A stretch of 54,072 bases of DNA from Syntrophobacterales bacterium Delta_01 (lineage in GTDB: Bacteria > Desulfobacterota > Syntrophobacteria > Syntrophobacterales > Syntrophobacteraceae): contig LUZZ01000012.1 in the NCBI GenBank assembly GCA_001603845.1, positions 1 through 54,072 on the forward strand. The letters are read 5' to 3'. The notes beneath the pieces are model-generated. The model was not told where the DNA came from. It ran no database searches and worked only from the letters and a program-made list of their open reading frames with translations. Position 1 is the first letter of the stretch, and each line of letters starts with the position of its first letter. Below are positions 27,047 through 35,317 of this stretch, one piece after another. Position numbers and translations under genes: made by a program.

Positions 27047-28509
27047 ACGGCAAAGAGCTTAGGATTGTAGGCTTTCTTTGCAACTGGTGTTCATACGGGG
27101 GGGCCGATACCGCGGGGGTGGGGCGGTTTGCTCAACCTACCGATCTGCGCATCATCCGTGTGCCGTGTTCGGGCAGGATCGATCCCCTTTTTGTGGCTAA
27201 AACCCTTCTGAACGGGGCCGACGGCGTTCTGGTTTCCGGGTGCCATCCCGGGGACTGCCACTATTCTCAGGGCAACTTCTACGCCCGCCGTCGCCTGGAA
27301 GCGCTCAAACAATTTCTGCCGGCACTGGGGATCGACCCGGCCAGGTTCGAATACACCTGGGTCTCGGCCTCCGAAGGACAGCGCTGGCAAAAGGTGGTCA
27401 AAGGCTTCACGGAGCGGATCCACGTCCTGGGGGCGGCCCCGCGCTACGAGCAGATCGAAATGTCGGCCGTGCCGCCCGCTCCCTCGAACGGAACGGGACC
27501 GTCGGCGGCGCTGCCCTCCTTTCCGGAAAGCGGAGAGTACGATCCGTACCTGCAGGAACTGAAAGAGGCCCTCAAAGCCGGTTTGCCGGATCTCGATCTT
27601 ATCATCGGCTGGCAGCAGGGCTACGATCCCCTGCACCATACGCCCCTTTTCATGCACACCCCGGAAGATGTGGATAAACTCGTCTGGGGGCCGCTCAACG
27701 TCCACAATCTTGCGACCTACCTGCCCTCCCTGAAAAACAAAAAAGTGGGGATCGTGGTCAAGGGCTGCGACAGCCGCTCGGTGGTGGAGCTGCTGCAGGA
27801 AAAACTCATCGAGCGCGAAAAGCTCATGATTTTCAGCATGCCGTGCACCGGGGTGGTGGACCTGTCCAAGGTCGGCAGGCTTCTCGAAGCAAAAGGGGCC
27901 AGCCCCGCACGGGCCGAGGCCGCCGCTTTTTCCGGGGGCAACCTGACCGTGACGGTGGACGGCAAAGAATATCTTCTGCCCATGGCCGAGGCCGCCGCCG
28001 ACAAGTGCCTTTCCTGCCGATATCCGAACGCGGTGATCGCCGACCGGCTCATCGGGAAATGCATCGCCCCGGTCGAACCGGCCAACGGGCAGGGTTCCGG
28101 GCTTCCGGTTCCCGACGTTTCGGAACTGATGGAGAAAATGGCTTTCTGGCGCTACCACATGGACCGGTGCATTCGCTGCTACGCCTGCCGCAATGCCTGC
28201 CCGCTGTGCGTGTGCCGCGACCACTGCATCGCCCAGAGCCGCGATCCCCACTGGGTCAGCCAGGAGGATACGGCCACCGAGAAACTGATGTTTCAGGTGA
28301 TCCATGCCCTGCACCTGGCGGGGCGGTGCACCGAATGCGGCGAATGCCAGCGCGCCTGCCCCATGGGCATTCCGCTGCTGGAGCTGAAACGCCACATGAA
28401 CAAGGTAATCCAGGAACTGTTCGAGTACCGGGCTGGAATCGATCCCGAGGCCGTGCCGCCGCTTTTGTCGTTCCAGGCGGAGGAAAAGAACATCGAGGAG
28501 AGGGGTTGA
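27034..28509 (+). CDS. MvhD/FlxD-like domain fused to a 4Fe-4S dicluster (FlxC-like) protein
   Basis: The N-terminal ~140 aa, FLCNWCSYGGADTAG...IRVPCSGRID...SGCHPGDCHY, is the MvhD signature. The C-terminal part has KGCDSRS plus CIRCYACRNACPLC and CTECGECQRACP. Confidence 0.8.
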   Translation: MPVLNGKELRIVGFLCNWCSYGGADTAGVGRFAQPTDLRIIRVPCSGRIDPLFVAKTLLNGADGVLVSGCHPGDCHYSQGNFYARRRLEALKQFLPALGIDPARFEYTWVSASEGQRWQKVVKGFTERIHVLGAAPRYEQIEMSAVPPAPSNGTGPSAALPSFPESGEYDPYLQELKEALKAGLPDLDLIIGWQQGYDPLHHTPLFMHTPEDVDKLVWGPLNVHNLATYLPSLKNKKVGIVVKGCDSRSVVELLQEKLIEREKLMIFSMPCTGVVDLSKVGRLLEAKGASPARAEAAAFSGGNLTVTVDGKEYLLPMAEAAADKCLSCRYPNAVIADRLIGKCIAPVEPANGQGSGLPVPDVSELMEKMAFWRYHMDRCIRCYACRNACPLCVCRDHCIAQSRDPHWVSQEDTATEKLMFQVIHALHLAGRCTECGECQRACPMGIPLLELKRHMNKVIQELFEYRAGIDPEAVPPLLSFQAEEKNIEERG

Positions 28510-28511
28510 TA

Positions 28512-29585
28512 ATGGCACGGGAAAAATTTCTGAAACAAGATCGTCTTGCCGACTGGCTCGCTGCCCTGGGTGAGAAAAACAGGGTGCTGGTTCCGCGGGA
28601 AGAAGGAAATAGCGTGGTTTTCCGGCCGTATGCGGCCGGCGACGCCCTCGTTCTGTCCGTGGACTCCACCGCCTCCCCCAAGGCCGCCCTGTTTCCGGCC
28701 TGCCAGGAGCTGTTTCGTTTCGAACAGGCAAAGGACCCCCAAAACCCCGACCATACGACCATGAAACTGTTCCAGAGCCGCGGGGCGGAGTCTACCCTGG
28801 TGTTCGGGGCCCGGCCGTGCGGAGTGAGGGGATTCACCATCTTCGACCGTGTCTACCAGGGCGAGAAGCACCCGGATCCTTACTACAAGGCGGCGCGGGA
28901 CAATACGCTTTTCGTTACGCTCACCTGCGAACACCCCGATAACACCTGCTTTTGCCACTGGGTGGGGGGAGGCCCCGACGACGGCGCCGGATCGGACGTC
29001 CTGGCGACCCCGGTCGAAGGAGGCTATGTCCTGGAACCCGTCAGCAAGCGGGGAGAGGCCCTGCTCGACAGCCCGCTTCTTGAGGAGGCCGGGGACAAGT
29101 CCAAGGAAGCGGCGGCGGCCAGAAAGCGCGGCCGGGAAAAGTTGGGCGAAGCGCCGGATATCGGCAACGCGGGCGCGAGCCTCCTCGCCGTTTTCGACGA
29201 CATGGGGTTCTGGGAGGACGTTTCGGCCAAGTGCCTCAGTTGCGGCGCCTGCACGTACCTGTGCCCGACCTGCTATTGCTTCACCCTGACCGACGAATCC
29301 GACGGACTGTCCGGGAAAAGACTGCGGTCCTGGGACAACTGCATGTCCTACCAGTTCTGCCTGGAGGCCAGCGGGCACAATCCGCGCCCCACCAAGGCGC
29401 ACCGGCTCAGAAACCGCGTCGGACACAAATTCAGCTACTATCCCGCACTCCACGGCGGACTCATCGCGTGCTGCGGCTGCGGCCGCTGCATCAAGAACTG
29501 TCCGGTCAGCGTCGATATCCGTGAGATCGTGCTCCGGGCCATCGAACACGCCGGCCCGAATATGCAAGAGGTGTCAAATGGCTAA
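28512..29585 (+). CDS. 4Fe-4S dicluster oxidoreductase subunit (FlxB/AsrA-like)
   Basis: 357 aa from ATG 28512. CLSCGACTYLCPTCYC and CCGCGRCIKNCP motifs. Confidence 0.7.
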   Translation: MAREKFLKQDRLADWLAALGEKNRVLVPREEGNSVVFRPYAAGDALVLSVDSTASPKAALFPACQELFRFEQAKDPQNPDHTTMKLFQSRGAESTLVFGARPCGVRGFTIFDRVYQGEKHPDPYYKAARDNTLFVTLTCEHPDNTCFCHWVGGGPDDGAGSDVLATPVEGGYVLEPVSKRGEALLDSPLLEEAGDKSKEAAAARKRGREKLGEAPDIGNAGASLLAVFDDMGFWEDVSAKCLSCGACTYLCPTCYCFTLTDESDGLSGKRLRSWDNCMSYQFCLEASGHNPRPTKAHRLRNRVGHKFSYYPALHGGLIACCGCGRCIKNCPVSVDIREIVLRAIEHAGPNMQEVSNG

Positions 29586-30423
29586 GTCCAAACCCGTTGT
29601 CAACCCCTACCTGCCCGAGGTGGCTACCATCCTGGAAACGATCCAGGAAACGCCCACCATAAAGACTTTCCGGGTACGGTTCGATGACGAAAGCGCCATG
29701 GCCGCATTCAGCTTCATCCCCGGCCAGGTGGGCCAGTTATCCGTTTTCGGGGTGGGAGAGTCCACTTTCGTCATCAATTCGCCTCCCACCCGCATGGAAT
29801 GCCTCCAGTTCAGCGTCATGCGCGCCGGCGAAGTGACCACCCGGCTGCACGGGCTTTCCGCGGGCGACAAGATCGGCGTGCGCGCCCCCCTGGGAAACGG
29901 GTTTCCCTACGAGAGCATGAAAGGCAAAAACATCGTGTTCATAGGAGGCGGAATCGGCATGGCCCCGCTGCGCACGCTGCTCCTGTTCATGCTCGACAAC
30001 CGCTCCGACTACGGCGACATCACCCTGCTCTACGGCGCCCGCACGCCGGCGGACATGGCCTTCAAGGCCGAACTGCCCGAATGGCTTTCCAATGCCGGCA
30101 TGTCCACCACCCTTACCATCGATACCGCGTCGCCCGGCTGGGAACACAAGGTGGGGCTGATTCCGAACGTGCTCAAGGATCTGCACCCCAGCCCGGAAAA
30201 TGCCGTGGCCGTGACCTGCGGACCGCCCATCATGATCAAATTCACCCTGATGGCGCTCCAGGAGATCGGCTTCAAAGACGACCAGATCCTCACCACGCTG
30301 GAAAGACGCATGAAGTGCGGCGTGGGCATCTGCGGGCGGTGCAACATCGGCACCAGCTACGTCTGCGTGGACGGGCCCGTGTACTACAACTCGCAGCTCA
30401 AGGCCCTGCCCGCCGAGCTTTGA
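29578..30423 (+). CDS. FAD/NAD(P)-binding oxidoreductase with C-terminal 2Fe-2S (FlxA/PyrK/AsrB-like)
   Basis: 281 aa. FNR-like fold motifs (FIPGQ, GGGIGMAPL) and C-terminal CGVGICGRC...C. Confidence 0.75.
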   Translation: MAKSKPVVNPYLPEVATILETIQETPTIKTFRVRFDDESAMAAFSFIPGQVGQLSVFGVGESTFVINSPPTRMECLQFSVMRAGEVTTRLHGLSAGDKIGVRAPLGNGFPYESMKGKNIVFIGGGIGMAPLRTLLLFMLDNRSDYGDITLLYGARTPADMAFKAELPEWLSNAGMSTTLTIDTASPGWEHKVGLIPNVLKDLHPSPENAVAVTCGPPIMIKFTLMALQEIGFKDDQILTTLERRMKCGVGICGRCNIGTSYVCVDGPVYYNSQLKALPAEL

Positions 30424-30736
30424 TAAGGACCGGATTTTCCACCCGGGAAGAGAATTTCAGCTTCCCCCGCCTCCCCTCCGGAACCGCGCTGCGGCGTGGG
30501 TGGGGGGGCGCGGGGGGCGGCCTCCACGCTATTGTATACTACGTCAAAACCAATGGAGACGTACGGTGGGCACGGCTTTTCCGTGCCCACCGCCTTTTTC
30601 CCGTTCGCACCCCAAGGCACCCCAAAGAGGTCGTTGTCCAAATCCGCTCGGACAGAATATCACTGGTTCCCAGGCTCCAGTTTGAGAACCGGCAGATAGG
30701 CTGCGATTCAAAGAGATGGAACTTACCATCGGAGTC

Positions 30737-30968
30737 TTCGCCCCGAAGGGGCTCAATAGATCGAGCCCAGGGTCAGCGCCAGCGCCACCCTGGGGAATCA
30801 GACCGTAGAAGGAATTAATGCCCTGAAGGGGCTGCACAATGAATGAACAAACTCTTTCAATGCCCGCTGTGTAACCCCCTTCAGGGTATTTCCAATGGTA
30901 TACGCTGCTTGTTCCCGGGGTGGTGCCGGCGCAACCCCGGGCTATCCTGTGCAGCCCCTTCGGGGCAA
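30737..30968. repeat. head-to-head pair of ~100-bp structured repeat units (arms 30737-30838 and 30868-30968)
   Basis: The reverse complement of the left arm aligns with the right arm: tgtg.a.ccccttcaggg.at ... ttccc.gggtgg.gc.ggcgc..accc.gggct ... g.agccccttcggggc. Confidence 0.7.
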
Positions 30969-31118
30969 CGGACCGGAATCATTTCATCATTTCCCGGCGA
31001 TCCTTCCTGTCTTCCAAGGTCTTTTCACTCCGCACCGGCGGGACGCATCCGCAAACTTGACAGAGCGCGGACATCCAATGTAATTTACTGATCGATCAAT
31101 AAAACACAGGAATCGGCC

Positions 31119-31745
31119 ATGCGGAACAAAAATTTGCGCAGCCGGGATTCTGAAGCGACTCGATGCGCCGCACTGGATGCCGCCCAGCGCCTGTTTGCCG
31201 AAAAAGGCTTCGCCGGGGTCTCCATGCGGGAGATCGCCTCCGTTTCCGGCATCTCGCAATCCCTCATCTATTATCACTTCGGGAACAAGGAAGGCCTGTA
31301 CAGCGCGGTCAAGGAACGGTTGATGCAAGAAGGGCTGCGCTCGGTCCTGCCCCTCCCCCCCGACGGCTCGCCGGACGCTCCCGCACATCCTGCCGTATGC
31401 ATTCGCACCGCGTACAATCTAATCTCGGGCAACGAAGACCTGACGCGGCTGATTGCCTGGTCGCACCTGGAAAGGGAAGAAACTCCGTGGCCCGGAGAAG
31501 AAGAGTTCACCCGCAAAATGGCCGGGCATATTCAGTGTCACCTGGCCGGTATCCAGTCCGGCAAGAATTTCGATCCCCTGGTCTCCACTATAATGATCGA
31601 AGCGCTGATCCTTTTTTGGAGCCAATACAGCCGCTACTACGCCGCCCTTTTCAAGGAGCCTCTGGCAACCATCACCGACCGTTACCTGGACCAGATTGCC
31701 GATTTGTTTTTTTCAGGCATCCACGCTCAAAAGACTGAGGAGTAA
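31119..31745 (+). CDS. TetR/AcrR-family transcriptional regulator
   Basis: N-terminal HTH: ILDAAQRLFAEKGFAGVSMREIASVSGISQSLIYYHFGNKEGLY. Confidence 0.9.
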   Translation: MRNKNLRSRDSEATRCAALDAAQRLFAEKGFAGVSMREIASVSGISQSLIYYHFGNKEGLYSAVKERLMQEGLRSVLPLPPDGSPDAPAHPAVCIRTAYNLISGNEDLTRLIAWSHLEREETPWPGEEEFTRKMAGHIQCHLAGIQSGKNFDPLVSTIMIEALILFWSQYSRYYAALFKEPLATITDRYLDQIADLFFSGIHAQKTEE

Positions 31746-31751
31746 GAGAAT

Positions 31752-33893
31752 ATGTCGTCCCGAGGCTTGCCCCATGGCCCCGCTCCCAACAATGATGAGA
31801 CTTCCGAGGCGACTTCGATTGCCGGGCCGCTTTTTCCGGGCGGGGCCGGCGCCGTTCCGTCCTCTCTGGACGAATGTATCCGGCGGGGTACCGCATGGCT
31901 GCTGGAAAAACAGGAGCCGGGCGGGTTTTGGGCCGGAAGGCTCCAGTCCAACTCCTGCATGGAGGCGGAGTGGCTCCTGGCGATGCACTTCCTGGGGGTA
32001 GGCGGTTCCCCGAGACACGAAAAAGTCGTACGGAGCATTCTCAACGAACAGAGGGAAGACGGCTCCTGGGACGTTTACCACGGGGCCCCGTGCGGGGACA
32101 TCAATACGACCGTGGAGTGTTATGCAGCGCTGCGGGCCTGCGGGCTGGAAAAGGAGAGCGCCGCCCTGCGCCGGGCCGGGACGTGGATTCTGGACAACGG
32201 GGAGCTCGCCGGGATTCGGAACTTCACCAAGTACTGGCTGGCGCTCATAGGCGAGTGGCCCTGGGAGCAGACCCCCGCGCTTCCGCCGGAACAGATTTTC
32301 CTGCCGACGTGGCTCCCGCTGAGCATTTACCGGTTCGCCTCCTGGGCGCGGGGCACGATCGTGCCGCTTTCCATCCTCTCGGCGCGGCGGCCGGTGCGTC
32401 CGCTGCCGGAAGGCCGCAGGCTCGACGAACTGTTCCCCGGCGGGCGTTCGAACTTCGATTTCAAGCTGCCTCTCATGCAGGGGCGGGCATCGTGGGAGAG
32501 GTGTTTTTACCTCATCGACCGCGTTCTTCACCGCTACCGGGACCTGGGCGTCACTCCCGCGCGCGAAACGGCCATCAGAGCCTGCATCGAGTGGATCATC
32601 CGGCGCCAGGAACCGGACGGCACGTGGTGCGGCATCCAGCCCCCCTGGATCTATTCCCTGCTGGCGCTCCATACCGAAGGCTTCGGACTGGACCATCCCG
32701 TCATAAAAAGCAGCCTCGCCGCATTCGACAGCCACTGGTTCTGCGAGCACGACGGCGGCTGCTATCTCCAGGCAAGCGAATCCCCGATCTGGGACACCAT
32801 TCTTTCCCTGCGGGCCCTTCTGGATTGCGGGCTGGACGTCCGGGACCGTCCTTCACTGCAGCAGGCCTTGGAATGGCTCCTGGGAAAGCAGATCCACACC
32901 AGGGGGGACTGGGCGGTGAGGGCCCCCGGCACGAATGGGGGCGGCTGGGCGTTCCAGCACTATAACGGATACTATCCCGACGTTGACGATACCGCGGTCA
33001 TCGTGGCCGTTCTGGCCGGGCTGCGCGCCTCGGCGCCGGACCCCGGAGAAATCGACCGCGCCATCGAATGCGCCGTTGAGTGGATCCTGTCCATGCAATG
33101 CTCCAACGGCGGCTGGGCGGCATTCGACAGGGATAACAACGAAAAATTGGTGACCAAGATACCTTTTTGCGATTTCGGCGAACTGCTCGATCCGCCCAGC
33201 GTGGACGTCACCGCCCATGTCGTCGAAGCCCTGGCCGTGCTGAGCTATGATGCGGCCCACCCCGCGATGGCAAAAGCCCTGGCCTATATCCACGGGGAAC
33301 AGGAATCGGACGGCAGTTGGTTCGGGCGGTGGGGAGTGAACCACATCTACGGCACGGCCGCCGTCCTCCCCGCCCTTCAGGCCACCGGAGAGGACATGAA
33401 AAAACCCTATGTCCGCCGCGCCGCCGAGTGGCTCGCCGGCCGCCAGAACGGCGACGGAGGCTGGGGCGAATCGCCGGCTTCCTACGTGGACAAATCCCTT
33501 CGCGGAGTCGGACCGAGCACGGCCTCCCAGACCGCGTGGGCCGTCATGGCGCTGCTGGCCCTCGGCACGCACGAATTCGACCTCAACATAAGCAAAGGGG
33601 TGGACTACCTGGTGGCGACCCAAAAGAACGGCACCTGGGAGGAACCTTTCTACACGGGCACGGGATTTCCGGGATACGGCACCGGCCAGCGGCTGGAAAA
33701 CGGGGACCGCGGAGGCGCTCAAGGCCTCGAAATGCAGCGCGCCTTCATGCTCAACTACACGCTCTACCGGCACTACTTCCCGCTCATGGCCCTGGGCCGG
33801 GCCGAAAGGCATCTCCAGGCCGGCCGCCAACTCCCGAAGGCGGAACCCGCCCGCAAAACCGGCTCGAAGAGAAAAGGCCGGGCCTCCGCTTGA
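31752..33893 (+). CDS. shc: squalene-hopene cyclase
   Basis: 713 aa. Catalytic DVDDTAV motif and multiple QW repeats (Q..DGSW/GGW). Confidence 0.92.
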   Translation: MSSRGLPHGPAPNNDETSEATSIAGPLFPGGAGAVPSSLDECIRRGTAWLLEKQEPGGFWAGRLQSNSCMEAEWLLAMHFLGVGGSPRHEKVVRSILNEQREDGSWDVYHGAPCGDINTTVECYAALRACGLEKESAALRRAGTWILDNGELAGIRNFTKYWLALIGEWPWEQTPALPPEQIFLPTWLPLSIYRFASWARGTIVPLSILSARRPVRPLPEGRRLDELFPGGRSNFDFKLPLMQGRASWERCFYLIDRVLHRYRDLGVTPARETAIRACIEWIIRRQEPDGTWCGIQPPWIYSLLALHTEGFGLDHPVIKSSLAAFDSHWFCEHDGGCYLQASESPIWDTILSLRALLDCGLDVRDRPSLQQALEWLLGKQIHTRGDWAVRAPGTNGGGWAFQHYNGYYPDVDDTAVIVAVLAGLRASAPDPGEIDRAIECAVEWILSMQCSNGGWAAFDRDNNEKLVTKIPFCDFGELLDPPSVDVTAHVVEALAVLSYDAAHPAMAKALAYIHGEQESDGSWFGRWGVNHIYGTAAVLPALQATGEDMKKPYVRRAAEWLAGRQNGDGGWGESPASYVDKSLRGVGPSTASQTAWAVMALLALGTHEFDLNISKGVDYLVATQKNGTWEEPFYTGTGFPGYGTGQRLENGDRGGAQGLEMQRAFMLNYTLYRHYFPLMALGRAERHLQAGRQLPKAEPARKTGSKRKGRASA

Positions 33894-34351
33894 GCCGTTG
33901 CCGGGGTCCTTTGCTGGCGGGATCTTTACGGGATCTTTCTTATGATATATCGCACACAAACCGAGGGAGCGGCCCGGTTTGGGGCTGTTGTCCAAATCTT
34001 TTGGCCCCGTTGTTCGGCTGGTTCCCAAGCTCCAGGTCGGGCCCCCCACTGACCAGCAGCTCAACAGCAAGACACCGGATTCCCGCCCAAAAGCGCTGCG
34101 GGAATGACGGTTTTAGAGGTTTTCCTCAATTTGTGAGGTCCCACGTTTGGGCAACAGCCCCGATTTGCTGCCCCCTTCCGCCCTGCCCTGCCGGTCTCGG
34201 CAGGGCCTGTTCGGACTACCTGCCGCCTCCGAGCGGACAACCTACCATGCTTTTTATTGATGGATTCGGGAGGATACAGTTCCGGCGACTCCCGGACCAT
34301 CCCAGGCCGGCCTACCGCATTCCGCGGAGCGTCAGCCAATCCCGCCCGGAA

Positions 34352-34657
34352 TCACGAAGGTATGCGGGATTCTATTTTCGCCAGCCTCTCTTCGATGCTC
34401 CGGAGGGAATCGGTCTCCAGTTGCGGACGGGAACTCGTGGCGAACATCGAGTGGTTCGTCCACCAATCCATGCCCATTTCCTTTGCCCTGTCCACCGAGC
34501 AAACCACCAGCCGAATCTGGAGGGTGAGCAATTCCACATCCACGAGCTTGATCTTGATGTCGCCGGCAATGACGATGCCTTTGTCCAATACGCGTTCGAG
34601 CAGGTCAGCGAGGTTCGTGCTCTCGATGGAGTGCCGTGCAGTCCGCTGAACAGCCAT
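34352..34657 (-). CDS. gvpJ: gas vesicle protein GvpJ (GvpA/J family)
   Basis: LADLLERVLDKGIVIAGDIKIKLVDVELLTLQIRLVVCSVDRAKEMGMDWW. Confidence 0.9.
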   Translation of the reverse strand: MAVQRTARHSIESTNLADLLERVLDKGIVIAGDIKIKLVDVELLTLQIRLVVCSVDRAKEMGMDWWTNHSMFATSSRPQLETDSLRSIEERLAKIESRIPS

Positions 34658-34669
34658 GTTGCACCCTCC

Positions 34670-35059
34670 TCAGAGTAGTTTTCCAAGAGGTCCGAGGTCG
34701 AGATTGAGGTCTTCTTCGTCCAGGCCGAATTCCCTTCGGAGCCTGTCGATCTCCCGGGCCTGCATCATAAGGGTCAACCCGACCCTCTCGATTTCAGCGT
34801 CGGAGAGGCTGCCGGCGTCGATGCGCCGTATCGCCTGCCGTTCGAGGAGCTCGTGGAGGAGCTTGACCAGCGTCAGTACGAGCCTTCCAAGGCCGTTTTT
34901 AACGTTTTCCTGATTGAGATTCAGCCTTCCGGGAAGAGCGTCCGGGGTCTCGGTACCATCAGGGCAAAGGCTGCATGGGGAAGCGTCTCCGGCCTGCATT
35001 ATCCTGGCGAAATCTTTCAAATCGGCGGAGTCCACCCTCTCTCTGTCAACCCTGTTCAT
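34670..35059 (-). CDS. gvpK: gas vesicle protein GvpK
   Basis: GLGRLVLTLVKLLHELLERQAIRRIDAGSLSDAEIERVG...FGLDEEDLNLDLGPLGKLL closely follows the GvpK pattern. Confidence 0.92.
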   Translation of the reverse strand: MNRVDRERVDSADLKDFARIMQAGDASPCSLCPDGTETPDALPGRLNLNQENVKNGLGRLVLTLVKLLHELLERQAIRRIDAGSLSDAEIERVGLTLMMQAREIDRLRREFGLDEEDLNLDLGPLGKLL

Positions 35060-35270
35060 CGGCAGGCTCCATTCCCGATCCGGAGGAATCGATCATTCCC
35101 CTGGCAGTCTCGACGGAGGAGAGCACGACCTGCAGCCCCAGGTAAAGGAGATCGATGTCCGCCACCGAGATCCTGACTTCTCCGATCAGCACGGCCCCCT
35201 TATTGAGGATGCGGTCAAGCACTTCACAGAGCGTAACCTGTTCCGCGTCGACCGAAGAAAACTCCCTCAT
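35046..35270 (-). CDS. GvpS/GvpM-like gas vesicle protein (GvpA/J family)
   Basis: 74 aa from ATG 35270. VTLCEVLDRILNKGAVLIGEVRISVADIDLLYLGLQVVLSSVETAR. 14-nt overlap with gvpK. Confidence 0.85.
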   Translation of the reverse strand: MREFSSVDAEQVTLCEVLDRILNKGAVLIGEVRISVADIDLLYLGLQVVLSSVETARGMIDSSGSGMEPADEQG

Positions 35271-35317
35271 TGTCTCTTCCCCTTTCCGAAAAACCCGCCC
35301 TGTTTCGTCGCGGGCAC

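Noticed and set aside
34186-34205. 8-bp hairpin ccctgccg-gtct-cggcaggg between the convergent shc and gvpJ genes, as a bidirectional terminator.
   Set aside because: There is no U/T tract on either strand. It may still act as an RNA 3' stabiliser, but it is not supportable as a terminator from sequence alone.
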